A stretch of 64,000 nt of DNA from Pyrinomonadaceae bacterium. GTDB taxonomy: Bacteria > Acidobacteriota > Blastocatellia > Pyrinomonadales > Pyrinomonadaceae. The first letter of the stretch is position 1; every line of letters starts with the position of its first letter. The translations under genes were made by a program, and so were the position numbers. The notes under the pieces are model-generated. The model was not told the origin of the DNA and searched no databases. It saw only the letters and a program-made list of their open reading frames with translations. Positions 46,670 to 54,383 of the stretch are shown piece after piece. The stretch spans positions 160,001 to 224,000 of the forward strand of contig JBKBYA010000001.1 of assembly GCA_046313635.1 (NCBI GenBank). The letters are read 5' to 3'.

Positions 46670-48919
46670 ATGAAAGCCGCTAAAACGCTCGCCGCTCTAA
46701 TGCTGTTTATGTCCGCGTCCGCCACGGCCCAAATGCAGTCCGGCGTCCGCGTGGCGATCTTGAGGGCCGAAGACTCGCGTCGATATGACGAGTCGCTCGT
46801 CAAGCTGCTTCGCGATCAGCACGAGGACGTCCGCATCCGCGCAGCTTTGGCCGCCGGGCGGATCGGCGACGAACGCGCGGTCGAGGTCTTAGCCGCGATG
46901 CTCAACGGCGACGCTTCGCCGCGTGCGCGAGCGATGGCCGCATTCGCGCTCGGCGAGATCGAATCGATCAAGGCCGCAGATGTGATACTAACGTCGCTGC
47001 GAGAGGCAGAAACACGACCGGCAGGGAGTGTGTCCGGCGGGACCGACGCGATCGTCACCGCTCGCCTCGTCGAGGCCGCCGGAAAGATCGCGGCGGCGAA
47101 CGCGAAAGACGAAAAGGCAAAAGAACTCGGCCGCGCGATCCTCGCGACGCTCGAGCGCGAGCTCGCTATAGATCGCACACAGCATCGCGAGACCGTCCTC
47201 CTCGCGCTGACCGCTGCCCTTCGTGCACGGCCCGAGGGAGCCGATGCTGTCGTCGCGAAATTTCTGCTCAACGCCGACGCCCGAGTCCGCGCCGACGCTG
47301 CAAATACGCTGTCTCGGCTGAGAGCAAAGAACGCAAACGAAAGATTACGTGCAATGCTCGGTTTGGATGTGGACCCGATCGTCCGCGCCAACGCCGCACG
47401 CGCACTCGGCGCCGCCGAGGACAAGGAGTCTTACGAGCAGCTTCTCGCCGCCGCGATCAAGGACGCGGATTCGCGCGTGCGCGTTTCGGCGGTACGCTCA
47501 CTCGGCTCGATACGCGATTCGCGAGCGGTCAACGCTCTGATCGATCGCGGCCGCGAGCTTTTTGCCAAATACAAGCTCTCAAGATTCAGACAGCCAAACG
47601 AAAAGAGCGAGCTGCTCGAGATCGTCGCCGTGCTCGGCCGCCTGCTCGCCGGGTCGGCCGATGAGCGTGCGGTCAAACTTGTCCGCGACCTGCGTACGGC
47701 CGACGCGATGCGTTCGCCGGAGTCAGAGATCGCGTTTGCTCGCATAAGTCCCGGCGACTACGTGAACGCATTCGACGGCCGCGGCGGCTGGCAGGCGCTG
47801 TCGGCGCAGTACCAGGGCCTCGCCGAGGTCGCGCGTTTCGAGTCGCCGGCCGCAGCCGAAGCGAAGCTGAAAGCGCGCTTGATACTGGTCCAGGAGATCG
47901 CCGCGCGATTTAGCTCGGCCGGCTCGAATGACGCGACTGCCGGTTCGCGGCCGGACCTGGTGCGAGCGTTTGCGGCCTTCAAGTCCGACAACACTTCAAA
48001 CATACTGCGTCCGCTGCTCGAGAATGAGCGCGACGTTTTTACCCGCGCGGCGATCGCCGACGCGCTCGCCGAGCAGCCGTCGACACGAGAGAATGTCGAG
48101 GCTTTGCAAACTGCTTTCACCAAGTCGCTCACGACCGACAAGATCTACAACGACGCGCAGCTCTCGATACTCGACGCGCTCTTTAAGCTCGATCGCAATT
48201 CCGCGCTCATGGCGATCGGCGAAGCGCTCGAGCGACCGGATCAGATCCTGCGTCTTAAGGCCCTCGACCTGCTCGCGACCGCCGACGGCTGGAACGACGT
48301 TTCGCCTGACTCTCTGGCCGCCGCGCGTAAGCGTGCCGCCGAAGGCCGCCGAAACGTCTGGCCGTACGATCCAAAAAGCGGAACCAAGCTCGGCCAAGTG
48401 CTGAATACCGACGCCGATTACCGGCGAGCACTCTCGCGCAAGAACGGCACCGTCCGAGCCGTCGTGACGACGGAAAAGGGCGCATTCACGATCGAGCTTT
48501 TGCCCGAGGACGCGCCGCTGACGGTCGACAACTTTATCAAGCTCGCTCGGTCAAACTACTTCAACGGTCTCGAGGTGCATCGCGTCGTGCCTAACTTCGT
48601 GATGCAGGACGGCGACCCGCGCGGCGACGGCAACGGCGGGCCGGGCTGGTCGATACGGTGCGAGATCAACCTCATTCCTTACGGACGCGGCGCGGTCGGA
48701 ATGGCCTTATCGGGAAAAGACACGGGCGGCTCGCAGTGGTTCGTCACGCACTCGCCGCAGCCACACCTCGACGGCGGCTACACCGTCTTTGGCCGAGTGA
48801 ACGAGAGCGGGATGAAGGTCGTAGATAATATCGTCCGCGGCGACAGGGTCATCTCGATCAGGATCGTCGAGAGTAGACAGCCACCGAGATCACAGAGAAC
48901 TCAGAGACATGGAAAATGA
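46670..48919 (+). CDS. HEAT-repeat protein with C-terminal cyclophilin PPIase domain
   Basis: VRIRAALAAGRIGD-type HEAT repeats; HRVVPNFVMQDGDPRGDGNGGPG, GKDTGGSQWF, PHLDGGYTVFG. Confidence 0.9.
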   Translation: MKAAKTLAALMLFMSASATAQMQSGVRVAILRAEDSRRYDESLVKLLRDQHEDVRIRAALAAGRIGDERAVEVLAAMLNGDASPRARAMAAFALGEIESIKAADVILTSLREAETRPAGSVSGGTDAIVTARLVEAAGKIAAANAKDEKAKELGRAILATLERELAIDRTQHRETVLLALTAALRARPEGADAVVAKFLLNADARVRADAANTLSRLRAKNANERLRAMLGLDVDPIVRANAARALGAAEDKESYEQLLAAAIKDADSRVRVSAVRSLGSIRDSRAVNALIDRGRELFAKYKLSRFRQPNEKSELLEIVAVLGRLLAGSADERAVKLVRDLRTADAMRSPESEIAFARISPGDYVNAFDGRGGWQALSAQYQGLAEVARFESPAAAEAKLKARLILVQEIAARFSSAGSNDATAGSRPDLVRAFAAFKSDNTSNILRPLLENERDVFTRAAIADALAEQPSTRENVEALQTAFTKSLTTDKIYNDAQLSILDALFKLDRNSALMAIGEALERPDQILRLKALDLLATADGWNDVSPDSLAAARKRAAEGRRNVWPYDPKSGTKLGQVLNTDADYRRALSRKNGTVRAVVTTEKGAFTIELLPEDAPLTVDNFIKLARSNYFNGLEVHRVVPNFVMQDGDPRGDGNGGPGWSIRCEINLIPYGRGAVGMALSGKDTGGSQWFVTHSPQPHLDGGYTVFGRVNESGMKVVDNIVRGDRVISIRIVESRQPPRSQRTQRHGK

Positions 48920-49296
48920 TGCCTTGACGCAGGCGATTATCGGGGCGGCGATCGAGGTTCATCGAACGCTCGGCCCCGGTTTGCTCGAGTCGATCTATGA
49001 AGAAGCTCTGTGTCATGAATTCGGTTTGCGCAGCATCCGTTTTGTGAGACAGCTTGAGATCGATGTGGTCTATAAAGGCAAGGTTATAAAAGGACAGCGG
49101 CTTGATATTTTGGTCGAAAACCAAGTGATCGTCGAAATAAAGTCTCTCAGTAAACTCCCCGAAGTCTCAATGGCGCAAGTCCTGTCCTACCTGAAAGCAA
49201 CCGGCCTGAAACGTGCGCTGATAATCAACTTCGGGGCAAAGATGCTCCGTGGAGGCATCAAACGAGTGTCTCTGTGAACTCTGTGATCTCGGTGGC
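48880..49296. mobile_element. GxxExxY gene bracketed by 29-bp terminal inverted repeats (putative small element)
   Basis: GCCACCGAGATCACAGAGAACTCAGAGAC (48880-48908) vs GTCTCTGTGAACTCTGTGATCTCGGTGGC (49268-49296); 3 mismatches. Confidence 0.55.
48909..49277 (+). CDS. GxxExxY protein (PD-(D/E)XK nuclease-like)
   Basis: IIGAAIEVHRTLGPGLLESIYEEAL, RLDILVE..VIVEIKS, AQVLSYLK. Confidence 0.93.
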   Translation: MENDALTQAIIGAAIEVHRTLGPGLLESIYEEALCHEFGLRSIRFVRQLEIDVVYKGKVIKGQRLDILVENQVIVEIKSLSKLPEVSMAQVLSYLKATGLKRALIINFGAKMLRGGIKRVSL

Positions 49297-49303
49297 AAAA
49301 CGT

Positions 49304-49789
49304 ATGAGCGATATGCAGAAAAAGCGGCAGGTCGAGATCGAGAAAGGTCTCGACGATCTGTCGCGGTATCTCGACGGGTTGTTTCGCATTCCGGGGACCG
49401 ATTGGCGGTTCGGGCTCGACGCGCTGATCGGGCTTGTACCGAATGTCGGCGACACGCTCACCTCGCTGGCGTCGTTTTACATTCTCCTGGCGGGCGTGCG
49501 TTACGGCGTGCCGAAGATCACTCTGCTGCGGATGGCTTTGAATATCGGCATCGATTACCTCGTCGGCGCGATACCTTTGGTCGGCGATGCGTTCGATTTC
49601 TTTTGGAAATCGAACCAGAAGAACTTGGATCTCATCCGGACGCGCGCGACCGGCCGCGGCGAGGGCACGACGAGCGATTACATCTTTATCTTCGCTCTGA
49701 TCGGTCTGCTCATCGTGCTGCTGATCGGCTCGATCGTCGCGAGCGCGCTGATCCTCTATTACATCTTCACGAGCCGCTCCCTATTCTGA
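49304..49789 (+). CDS. DUF4112 membrane protein
   Basis: LDGLFRIPGT.WRFGLDALIGLVPNVGD, GAIPLVGDAFDFFWKSN. Confidence 0.9.
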   Translation: MSDMQKKRQVEIEKGLDDLSRYLDGLFRIPGTDWRFGLDALIGLVPNVGDTLTSLASFYILLAGVRYGVPKITLLRMALNIGIDYLVGAIPLVGDAFDFFWKSNQKNLDLIRTRATGRGEGTTSDYIFIFALIGLLIVLLIGSIVASALILYYIFTSRSLF

Positions 49790-49844
49790 ACGAAAAAACG
49801 GTCGGCAAGCGCCGACCGTCTCTCCACTCATCGATCGGCCCGAT

Positions 49845-50315
49845 CTATGCGGTAACCTGCGAGGCGAACATCTTTTCGAGCGCCTGCTGGATGATGCCGA
49901 GGCCGAATTCGCCGGCGGCGCGGGTTTTGAGTTTTCCCTCGGCGTCAAAGAGGTAATACACGGGCACCCAGCCCTGCTCGTTGAGGAATGCTTCGCGGAG
50001 TTTATGCTCGTTGTCGATCGCGCAGGCGTCGTCGATCGAGTGCTCGGCGATCGCCGCCTTTACCTTTTCGATCTCGGTGTCGGTCTCGTATCGCGGCATG
50101 TGCACTGCGACGGTGCCGAGGCCCAGCGGTTTGTATTTCGCCTTGAGCTCGTTGAGCTGCGGGAACTTTTGCTTGCAGATCTCGCAGCTCAGCGCCCAAA
50201 AGTACACGAGTGCCGGCCGACCGCCGAGGTGCTCGTCGATCGTGCAGTCGAGTTGATTCAACCAGTCCGCCGCGCCTTCGAATGACGGCCGCGGATCTCC
50301 GATCTTCATGGGCAT
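49845..50315 (-). CDS. TlpA/redoxin-family thiol-disulfide oxidoreductase
   Basis: FWALSCEIC (CxxC), AVHMPR, WVPVYYLFD. Confidence 0.85.
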   Translation of the reverse strand: MPMKIGDPRPSFEGAADWLNQLDCTIDEHLGGRPALVYFWALSCEICKQKFPQLNELKAKYKPLGLGTVAVHMPRYETDTEIEKVKAAIAEHSIDDACAIDNEHKLREAFLNEQGWVPVYYLFDAEGKLKTRAAGEFGLGIIQQALEKMFASQVTA

Positions 50316-50325
50316 AAGTTTTGTT

Positions 50326-50410
50326 AGTTCAAAGTTCCAGGTTCAAAGTTCAAGGTTAGGTTCCGGGGCATTACTTTGAACTTTGAACCTTGAACCTTGA
50401 ACTCTGAATT
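50326..50410. repeat. Inverted arrays of GTTCAAA/GTTCAAG 7-mers
   Basis: gttcaaagttccaggttcaaagttcaaggtt ... actttgaactttgaaccttgaaccttgaact. Confidence 0.85.
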
Positions 50411-50415
50411 TTCAT

Positions 50416-51153
50416 CTATCCGCCTTTCTGCCGCGTGCTGACCGGCTCGTGGTACTCGCCGTATTCCGGATAGTCCATCGTGACGATCTGGCCCGGCCGC
50501 GTGTTTTGTGTCAGCAGCTCGAGAGCATCTTTCACGACTCCCCGCTGCAGCTCTCGCATTCCCGGTTTGCCGGTCGCGTTGCCGATCTTGAAACCGTTCG
50601 GGTATAGGGCACGCGGCGGCCTCATCTGTGCCGAGACGTCCGGACTGACCGTGATCAGCACCGTCGGCGTTCCCAGCATTTCAATTTCTCTCTGTACCGC
50701 GACGACCGTGCGGTGGCAGACGTTCGGTCAGCCGCCGGTCAGCAGCACGATGTCGGCGCGCGAGCCTTTGTCGATCTCCTGCGCGATCTGCGGCGCGGTC
50801 TGCTCGTACATGTCCTTGAGCCGCATCGTGTAGCCCATAAAGCCGACATGCTTGCGGGCGACGCCGCCGATAAAGCCTTCGTCAGCGAGCTCGCGTAGGA
50901 TGTCGATCGGGAAGACGACATTCACATCCTGGTCGGCGTCCGAATGATCGTAATGATCGTGCGTGACCATCACATCAGCTCCGGTGATGCCCTCGCCCAT
51001 CACGCGATATGTCAGATCGCCGAGCTCGTCGCCGATCTGGAACGGCTCCTGATCCCTCGCGTGGACGCCCGCGGCGGTGACGATGGCCACCGTCGCCCGC
51101 GACAGTTCGCCGTCAAACGGCGTGAAGGGAACACATTTCCTGGATAAAGCCAT
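50416..51153 (-). CDS. Selenoprotein, D-proline reductase PrdB / GrdB-like (245 aa, Sec142 at UGA 50728-50730)
   Basis: ORFs 50728-51153 and 50416-50679 are in one frame: ...DVNVVFPID.L..L..EG.IG...LLTGG-U-PNVCHRTVVAVQREIEMLGTPTV...RPPRALYP. A SECIS-like hairpin follows. Confidence 0.88.
50692..50719 (-). promoter_or_regulatory. Candidate bacterial SECIS for the PrdB-like gene
   Basis: mRNA CUG-CC-ACCGC-AC-GGUC-GU-C-GCGGU-A-CAG; core stem starts 13 nt after UGA; G-led apical loop. Confidence 0.6.
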
Positions 51154-51155
51154 GA

Positions 51156-51231
51156 GCAGTTGTCAGTGGTCGGTGGTCAGTAGTCGGTAGTGAGGAAAGA
51201 TCTCTTTCACTGACTACCGACTACTGACTAC
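51156..51231. repeat. Inverted arrays of CAGTRGT-type 7-mers
   Basis: cagttgtcagtggtcggtggtcagtagtcggtagtga ... tcactgactaccgactactgactac. Confidence 0.85.
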
Positions 51232-51237
51232 ACCTCG

Positions 51238-51702
51238 CTACATCTTCTTCAGCACGTCGAACAACTCTTCGTTGTCCGGCTGGTCAGAGATGTCGTGGAT
51301 GTCGATGTAGGCGATCTTGCCTTCTTTATCCACGATGAAAAGGGCACGTTCGGTTATGCCGTCCGCCTCGCGCCACGCTCCGTAGCTCTTGGCGACCTCG
51401 CCCTTCGGATGAAAGTCCGAGAGCAGATCGTACGTTATGCCGCCAAGCGATTTTGCCCACGCGACGTGGCAGGGAATACTGTCGACTGAAATGCCCAGGA
51501 CCTGGGCATCGTAGCCTGCGAAGCGTTCCTTATCAGCTTCGTAGGCCGGCATCTGCACCGTTCAAACGGGCGTCCAGTCGAGCGGATAGAACGCGATCAC
51601 CACGTTCTGCTTACCCCGGAAGTCGGAGAGCCGGACCTTTTTGTCCTTGTCCAAATGGCTCTTCAACTCGAAATCCGGAGCGATGTCTCCAACTTGTAAC
51701 AT
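51238..51702 (-). CDS. Selenocysteine peroxiredoxin (AhpC/TSA, AhpE-like; 154 aa, Sec47 at UGA 51562-51564)
   Basis: RBS TAAGGAG, then MLQVGDIAPDFELKSH...VIAFYPLDWTPV-U-TVQMPAYE...GISVDS. The UGA occupies the peroxidatic Cys position of PxxxTxxC. Confidence 0.92.
51514..51546 (-). promoter_or_regulatory. Candidate bacterial SECIS for the Sec-peroxiredoxin
   Basis: mRNA GCCUACGAAGC-UGAUAAGGAAC-GCUUCGCAGGC; 10 of 11 stem positions pair; starts about 15 nt after UGA. Confidence 0.6.
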
Positions 51703-51837
51703 CAGAGCTGTTTCTCCTTACTTTTCAAGTTTGTTAACTAAACCGGCAAATTGCGCCTTATGTTTAGCTTAAGCCTTATCCAAGCTCGCGTACAAATTTT
51801 CGATTCGAGCGGCCTTTCACCCGGCCCCGAAGGGAAC

Positions 51838-51870
51838 GCTCCTGCCCGGCAGCAAACGCCGGGCAGGAGC
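51838..51870 (-). terminator. GC-rich hairpin downstream of ahpC
   Basis: GCTCCTGCCCGGC-agcaaac-GCCGGGCAGGAGC; no strong U-tract. Confidence 0.55.
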
Positions 51871-51886
51871 ATTGCGGAATGGGGAC

Positions 51887-52468
51887 CTAAACTTTCAGAT
51901 TTTCCTGGCCCGGCTTCCAGTCGGCCGCACAGAGACCGCCGGTCTGCAGGCCCTGCAGCACGCGGAGAGTCTCGTCGACCGATCGGCCGATATTGAGATC
52001 GTGAACGACCGAATACTGCAGAATGCCTTCGGGGTTGATGATAAAGAGACCGCGGAGAGCGACGTTCGACTCCTCGACGAGGATGTTGTATTTCGCGGCG
52101 AGGCGGCCGGCAATGTCCGAGGCGAGCGGGTACTTAAGACCCTCGATGCCGTTCTGCGAGCGCGGCGTCTTAAGCCATGCGCGGTGCGAGTGGACAGAGT
52201 CGGTCGAGATGCCGATCACCTCGGCCCCGATCCCCTGCAGTTCGTCGTAACGATCGGAGAAAGCGGTCAGCTCGGTCGGGCAGACAAACGTGAAATCGAG
52301 CGGGTAAAAGAGCAAAATGAGCCATTTGCCCTTGTAGTCGGAGAGCTTGACGTTCTCGGCAAGCGTCTCGAGGTTTTTGGTCGACGGCAGGTCAAAGTCC
52401 GGCGCCGGCCGGCCGACCTTGGCCAGAGCGATATCGTGATTCAAGGCTGTAGCTGTTGCTGTTGACAT
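51887..52468 (-). CDS. ahpC: 2-Cys peroxiredoxin AhpC
   Basis: FYPLDFTFVCPTE, ALRGLFII, IGRSVDETLRVL, GGLCAADW. Confidence 0.93.
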   Translation of the reverse strand: MSTATATALNHDIALAKVGRPAPDFDLPSTKNLETLAENVKLSDYKGKWLILLFYPLDFTFVCPTELTAFSDRYDELQGIGAEVIGISTDSVHSHRAWLKTPRSQNGIEGLKYPLASDIAGRLAAKYNILVEESNVALRGLFIINPEGILQYSVVHDLNIGRSVDETLRVLQGLQTGGLCAADWKPGQENLKV

Positions 52469-52557
52469 TGATGAATATCTCCTGAAATTGATGAATTCGA
52501 ATTTGAAACTCGGGACCCGACCGGCGATGCACAGCGGGCCTCGTATTGAGAACCTTT

Positions 52558-52953
52558 CTATTTGCTGCAGTCCGGGCACAGCCCGCGCAGCGTGAACTCG
52601 AGCGACTCGGGCTTGAACTTCGAACGCCGCGCCGCCATCCGGACGAGCTCCGGCGGCAGCTCCATCTCGATGTCGACGAGCTTGCCGCAGCTCGTGCAGA
52701 TCGCGTGGTCGTGGCGGTCGGTCATCCGGTCGAACCGGCTCGCACCGTTGCCGAAACTTATCTCGGCTATGTGCCCAGCGTCTTTCAAAAATCGCAGCGA
52801 GTTGTAAACGGTCGCGAACGAGATGCTCGGCAAAAGCTCTTTTGCCCGGCCGAAAACCTCGTTCGCGGTAAGATGCTCGTCCGCATCGCGGATCACCTTG
52901 AGGACGACCTCGCGCTGCTTGGTTAAACCTGAATTTTGTACTGCTTTTTCCAC
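52558..52953 (-). CDS. perR: Fur-family peroxide regulator PerR
   Basis: TKQR.VVL, HLTA.EV, SFATVYNSL, RFD...HDHAICTSCG, CPDC. Lies upstream of ahpC with a Per-box-like site; GTG start inferred. Confidence 0.8.
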   Translation of the reverse strand: MEKAVQNSGLTKQREVVLKVIRDADEHLTANEVFGRAKELLPSISFATVYNSLRFLKDAGHIAEISFGNGASRFDRMTDRHDHAICTSCGKLVDIEMELPPELVRMAARRSKFKPESLEFTLRGLCPDCSK

Positions 52954-52970
52954 TTTGATCCGAGTTGGAT

Positions 52971-53001
52971 TTAGAATAATTATAACTTTATCAGCTGTCA
53001 A
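52971..53001 (-). promoter_or_regulatory. Sigma70 promoter (TTGACA-17-TATTCT) overlapped by a Per box
   Basis: TTATAATTATTCTAA at 52971-52985 differs by one base from the B. subtilis Per box TTATAATnATTATAA; -35 at 52996-53001. Confidence 0.75.
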
Positions 53002-53126
53002 GCTTTGATTCGGAGGCTTATTACCTCGCGCGCTGGTTCGCCTTTTCGATTCGTCACCTGCAATACAAAAAGCTCGCTTCGTATGTCCAAGGCTCAAACT
53101 TGTAAAGTTATTATCAGGAGTGAATA

Positions 53127-53346
53127 ATGCTAGCGACCGAAATTCTCAGCACAGACCACAACACGGCGAATCGCTCTGATCGACGAACTCAAAGACCGAC
53201 ACAACAACGAACGCGGGAATCGCGACCGGTTTCGCGAACTAGACCTCGCGATCCGTTTGCACATGCGGCTCGAGGAAGAGATCTTTTACCCGGCACTTGA
53301 AGCGGATCCGAAACGTCCGCAAACTCAGTCTCGTTCTCAAACTTAG
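53127..53346 (+). pseudogene. Hemerythrin (HHE) domain gene remnant, frameshifted and truncated
   Basis: RBS AGGAG; MLATEILSTDHNTA, then a frame change near 53169 gives IALIDEL...FRELDLAIRLHMRLEEEIFYPALE. Confidence 0.7.
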
Positions 53347-53350
53347 CTGA

Positions 53351-53566
53351 TTAACGAGTGGTGCCCGCTTCGCCGCCGCCGAGGTTGATGACGTTAAAGG
53401 CATAAACACCAACTCCAAGCACGGCAAGGACGGCGGCGATTACATAACTGGTGATTTGCAGGGCCGAGTCGAGCCCCGGTACAACGTACCCGAACAGGGC
53501 CGCCGCTATCGCCAACAGAAGGCACACAAAAGCGAAAAGATTCGATCCTTCAAAAAACCATCGCAT
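53351..53566 (-). CDS. Small two-TM membrane protein
   Basis: RBS GGAGGT; two hydrophobic helices. Confidence 0.65.
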   Translation of the reverse strand: MRWFFEGSNLFAFVCLLLAIAAALFGYVVPGLDSALQITSYVIAAVLAVLGVGVYAFNVINLGGGEAGTTR

Positions 53567-53698
53567 AGACGTCACCTCCCTGGTTCGATCTATTTCGGCG
53601 GGCCCGGGAGCGGCTCCCGCGTTCGGGTTTCGCTCCCCGTGCCCCTTCTTATTCGCTCGCGTCGGGCGTTCTGCCCGGCGCGACTTACGAGTTATGGA

Positions 53699-54157
53699 TC
53701 ACTGGACAGTTTTGATCTCGATCCGACGCGGTTTGGCTTCTTCACGCTTCGGCAGATGGATCGTGAGCACGCCGTCCGCCATCGCCGCGTCGACGTGCGA
53801 CGTGTCGACTACACCCGACAGAGTGAACGAACGCGTGAACTGCCCCGCCAATCCCTCGAATCGCAGGTACTGGCGACCGTCGTCGTCCGGGACCTGGCGA
53901 TTACCGCTGATCGTCAGCACGTTGTTTTCGAAGCTGATGTCGATGTCATCGCGCTTCCAGCCCGGAAGCTCGGCCTCGACGACGTATTCATCCTTCGTCT
54001 CGTAGATGTTTACGGCCGGGCCGACGCTGGTGCCGAGCAAACTGTCCGCGACCGAGAACGGGCTGGTGAACAGCGGGCTGCCAAGCCAACGATCCAGATG
54101 CTTGAACATTGGTAGTGTGTTGAGTGTCGGATTGTTTCGCAACATCAGATCAGTCAT
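53699..54157 (-). CDS. Small heat shock protein, Hsp20
   Basis: PAVNIYET, AELPG, LTISG, FTRSFTL, DGVLTIHLPK, RRIEI. Confidence 0.93.
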   Translation of the reverse strand: MTDLMLRNNPTLNTLPMFKHLDRWLGSPLFTSPFSVADSLLGTSVGPAVNIYETKDEYVVEAELPGWKRDDIDISFENNVLTISGNRQVPDDDGRQYLRFEGLAGQFTRSFTLSGVVDTSHVDAAMADGVLTIHLPKREEAKPRRIEIKTVQ

Positions 54158-54310
54158 AAACTCATCACCTCCTATAAATGATCGAGTTTGGCCGAAATAA
54201 TGTTTTTGGTGATCCGGAAAGGGCCTCTCCGGGCCTTTCCGACCTCTTCGATGCGGCCCAAAATATGAGCGTTGCCTTGTCAGATTTTATGATATGATTT
54301 TGGCAGATTA

Positions 54311-54378
54311 TTGACATCGGCTCGCCGGTGCTCGTATTTTATGTAACAGTCTCAGCACGACTTTCAGAGAGGTACTGA
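54311..54378 (+). promoter_or_regulatory. Probable ftsH promoter (TTGACA-18-TATTTT) with a degenerate CIRCE-like inverted repeat
   Basis: TCAGCAC-N13-GTACTGA at 54352-54378 has CIRCE spacing (TTAGCAC-N13-GTGCTAA) but several mismatches. Confidence 0.35.
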
Positions 54379-54383
54379 ATGCG

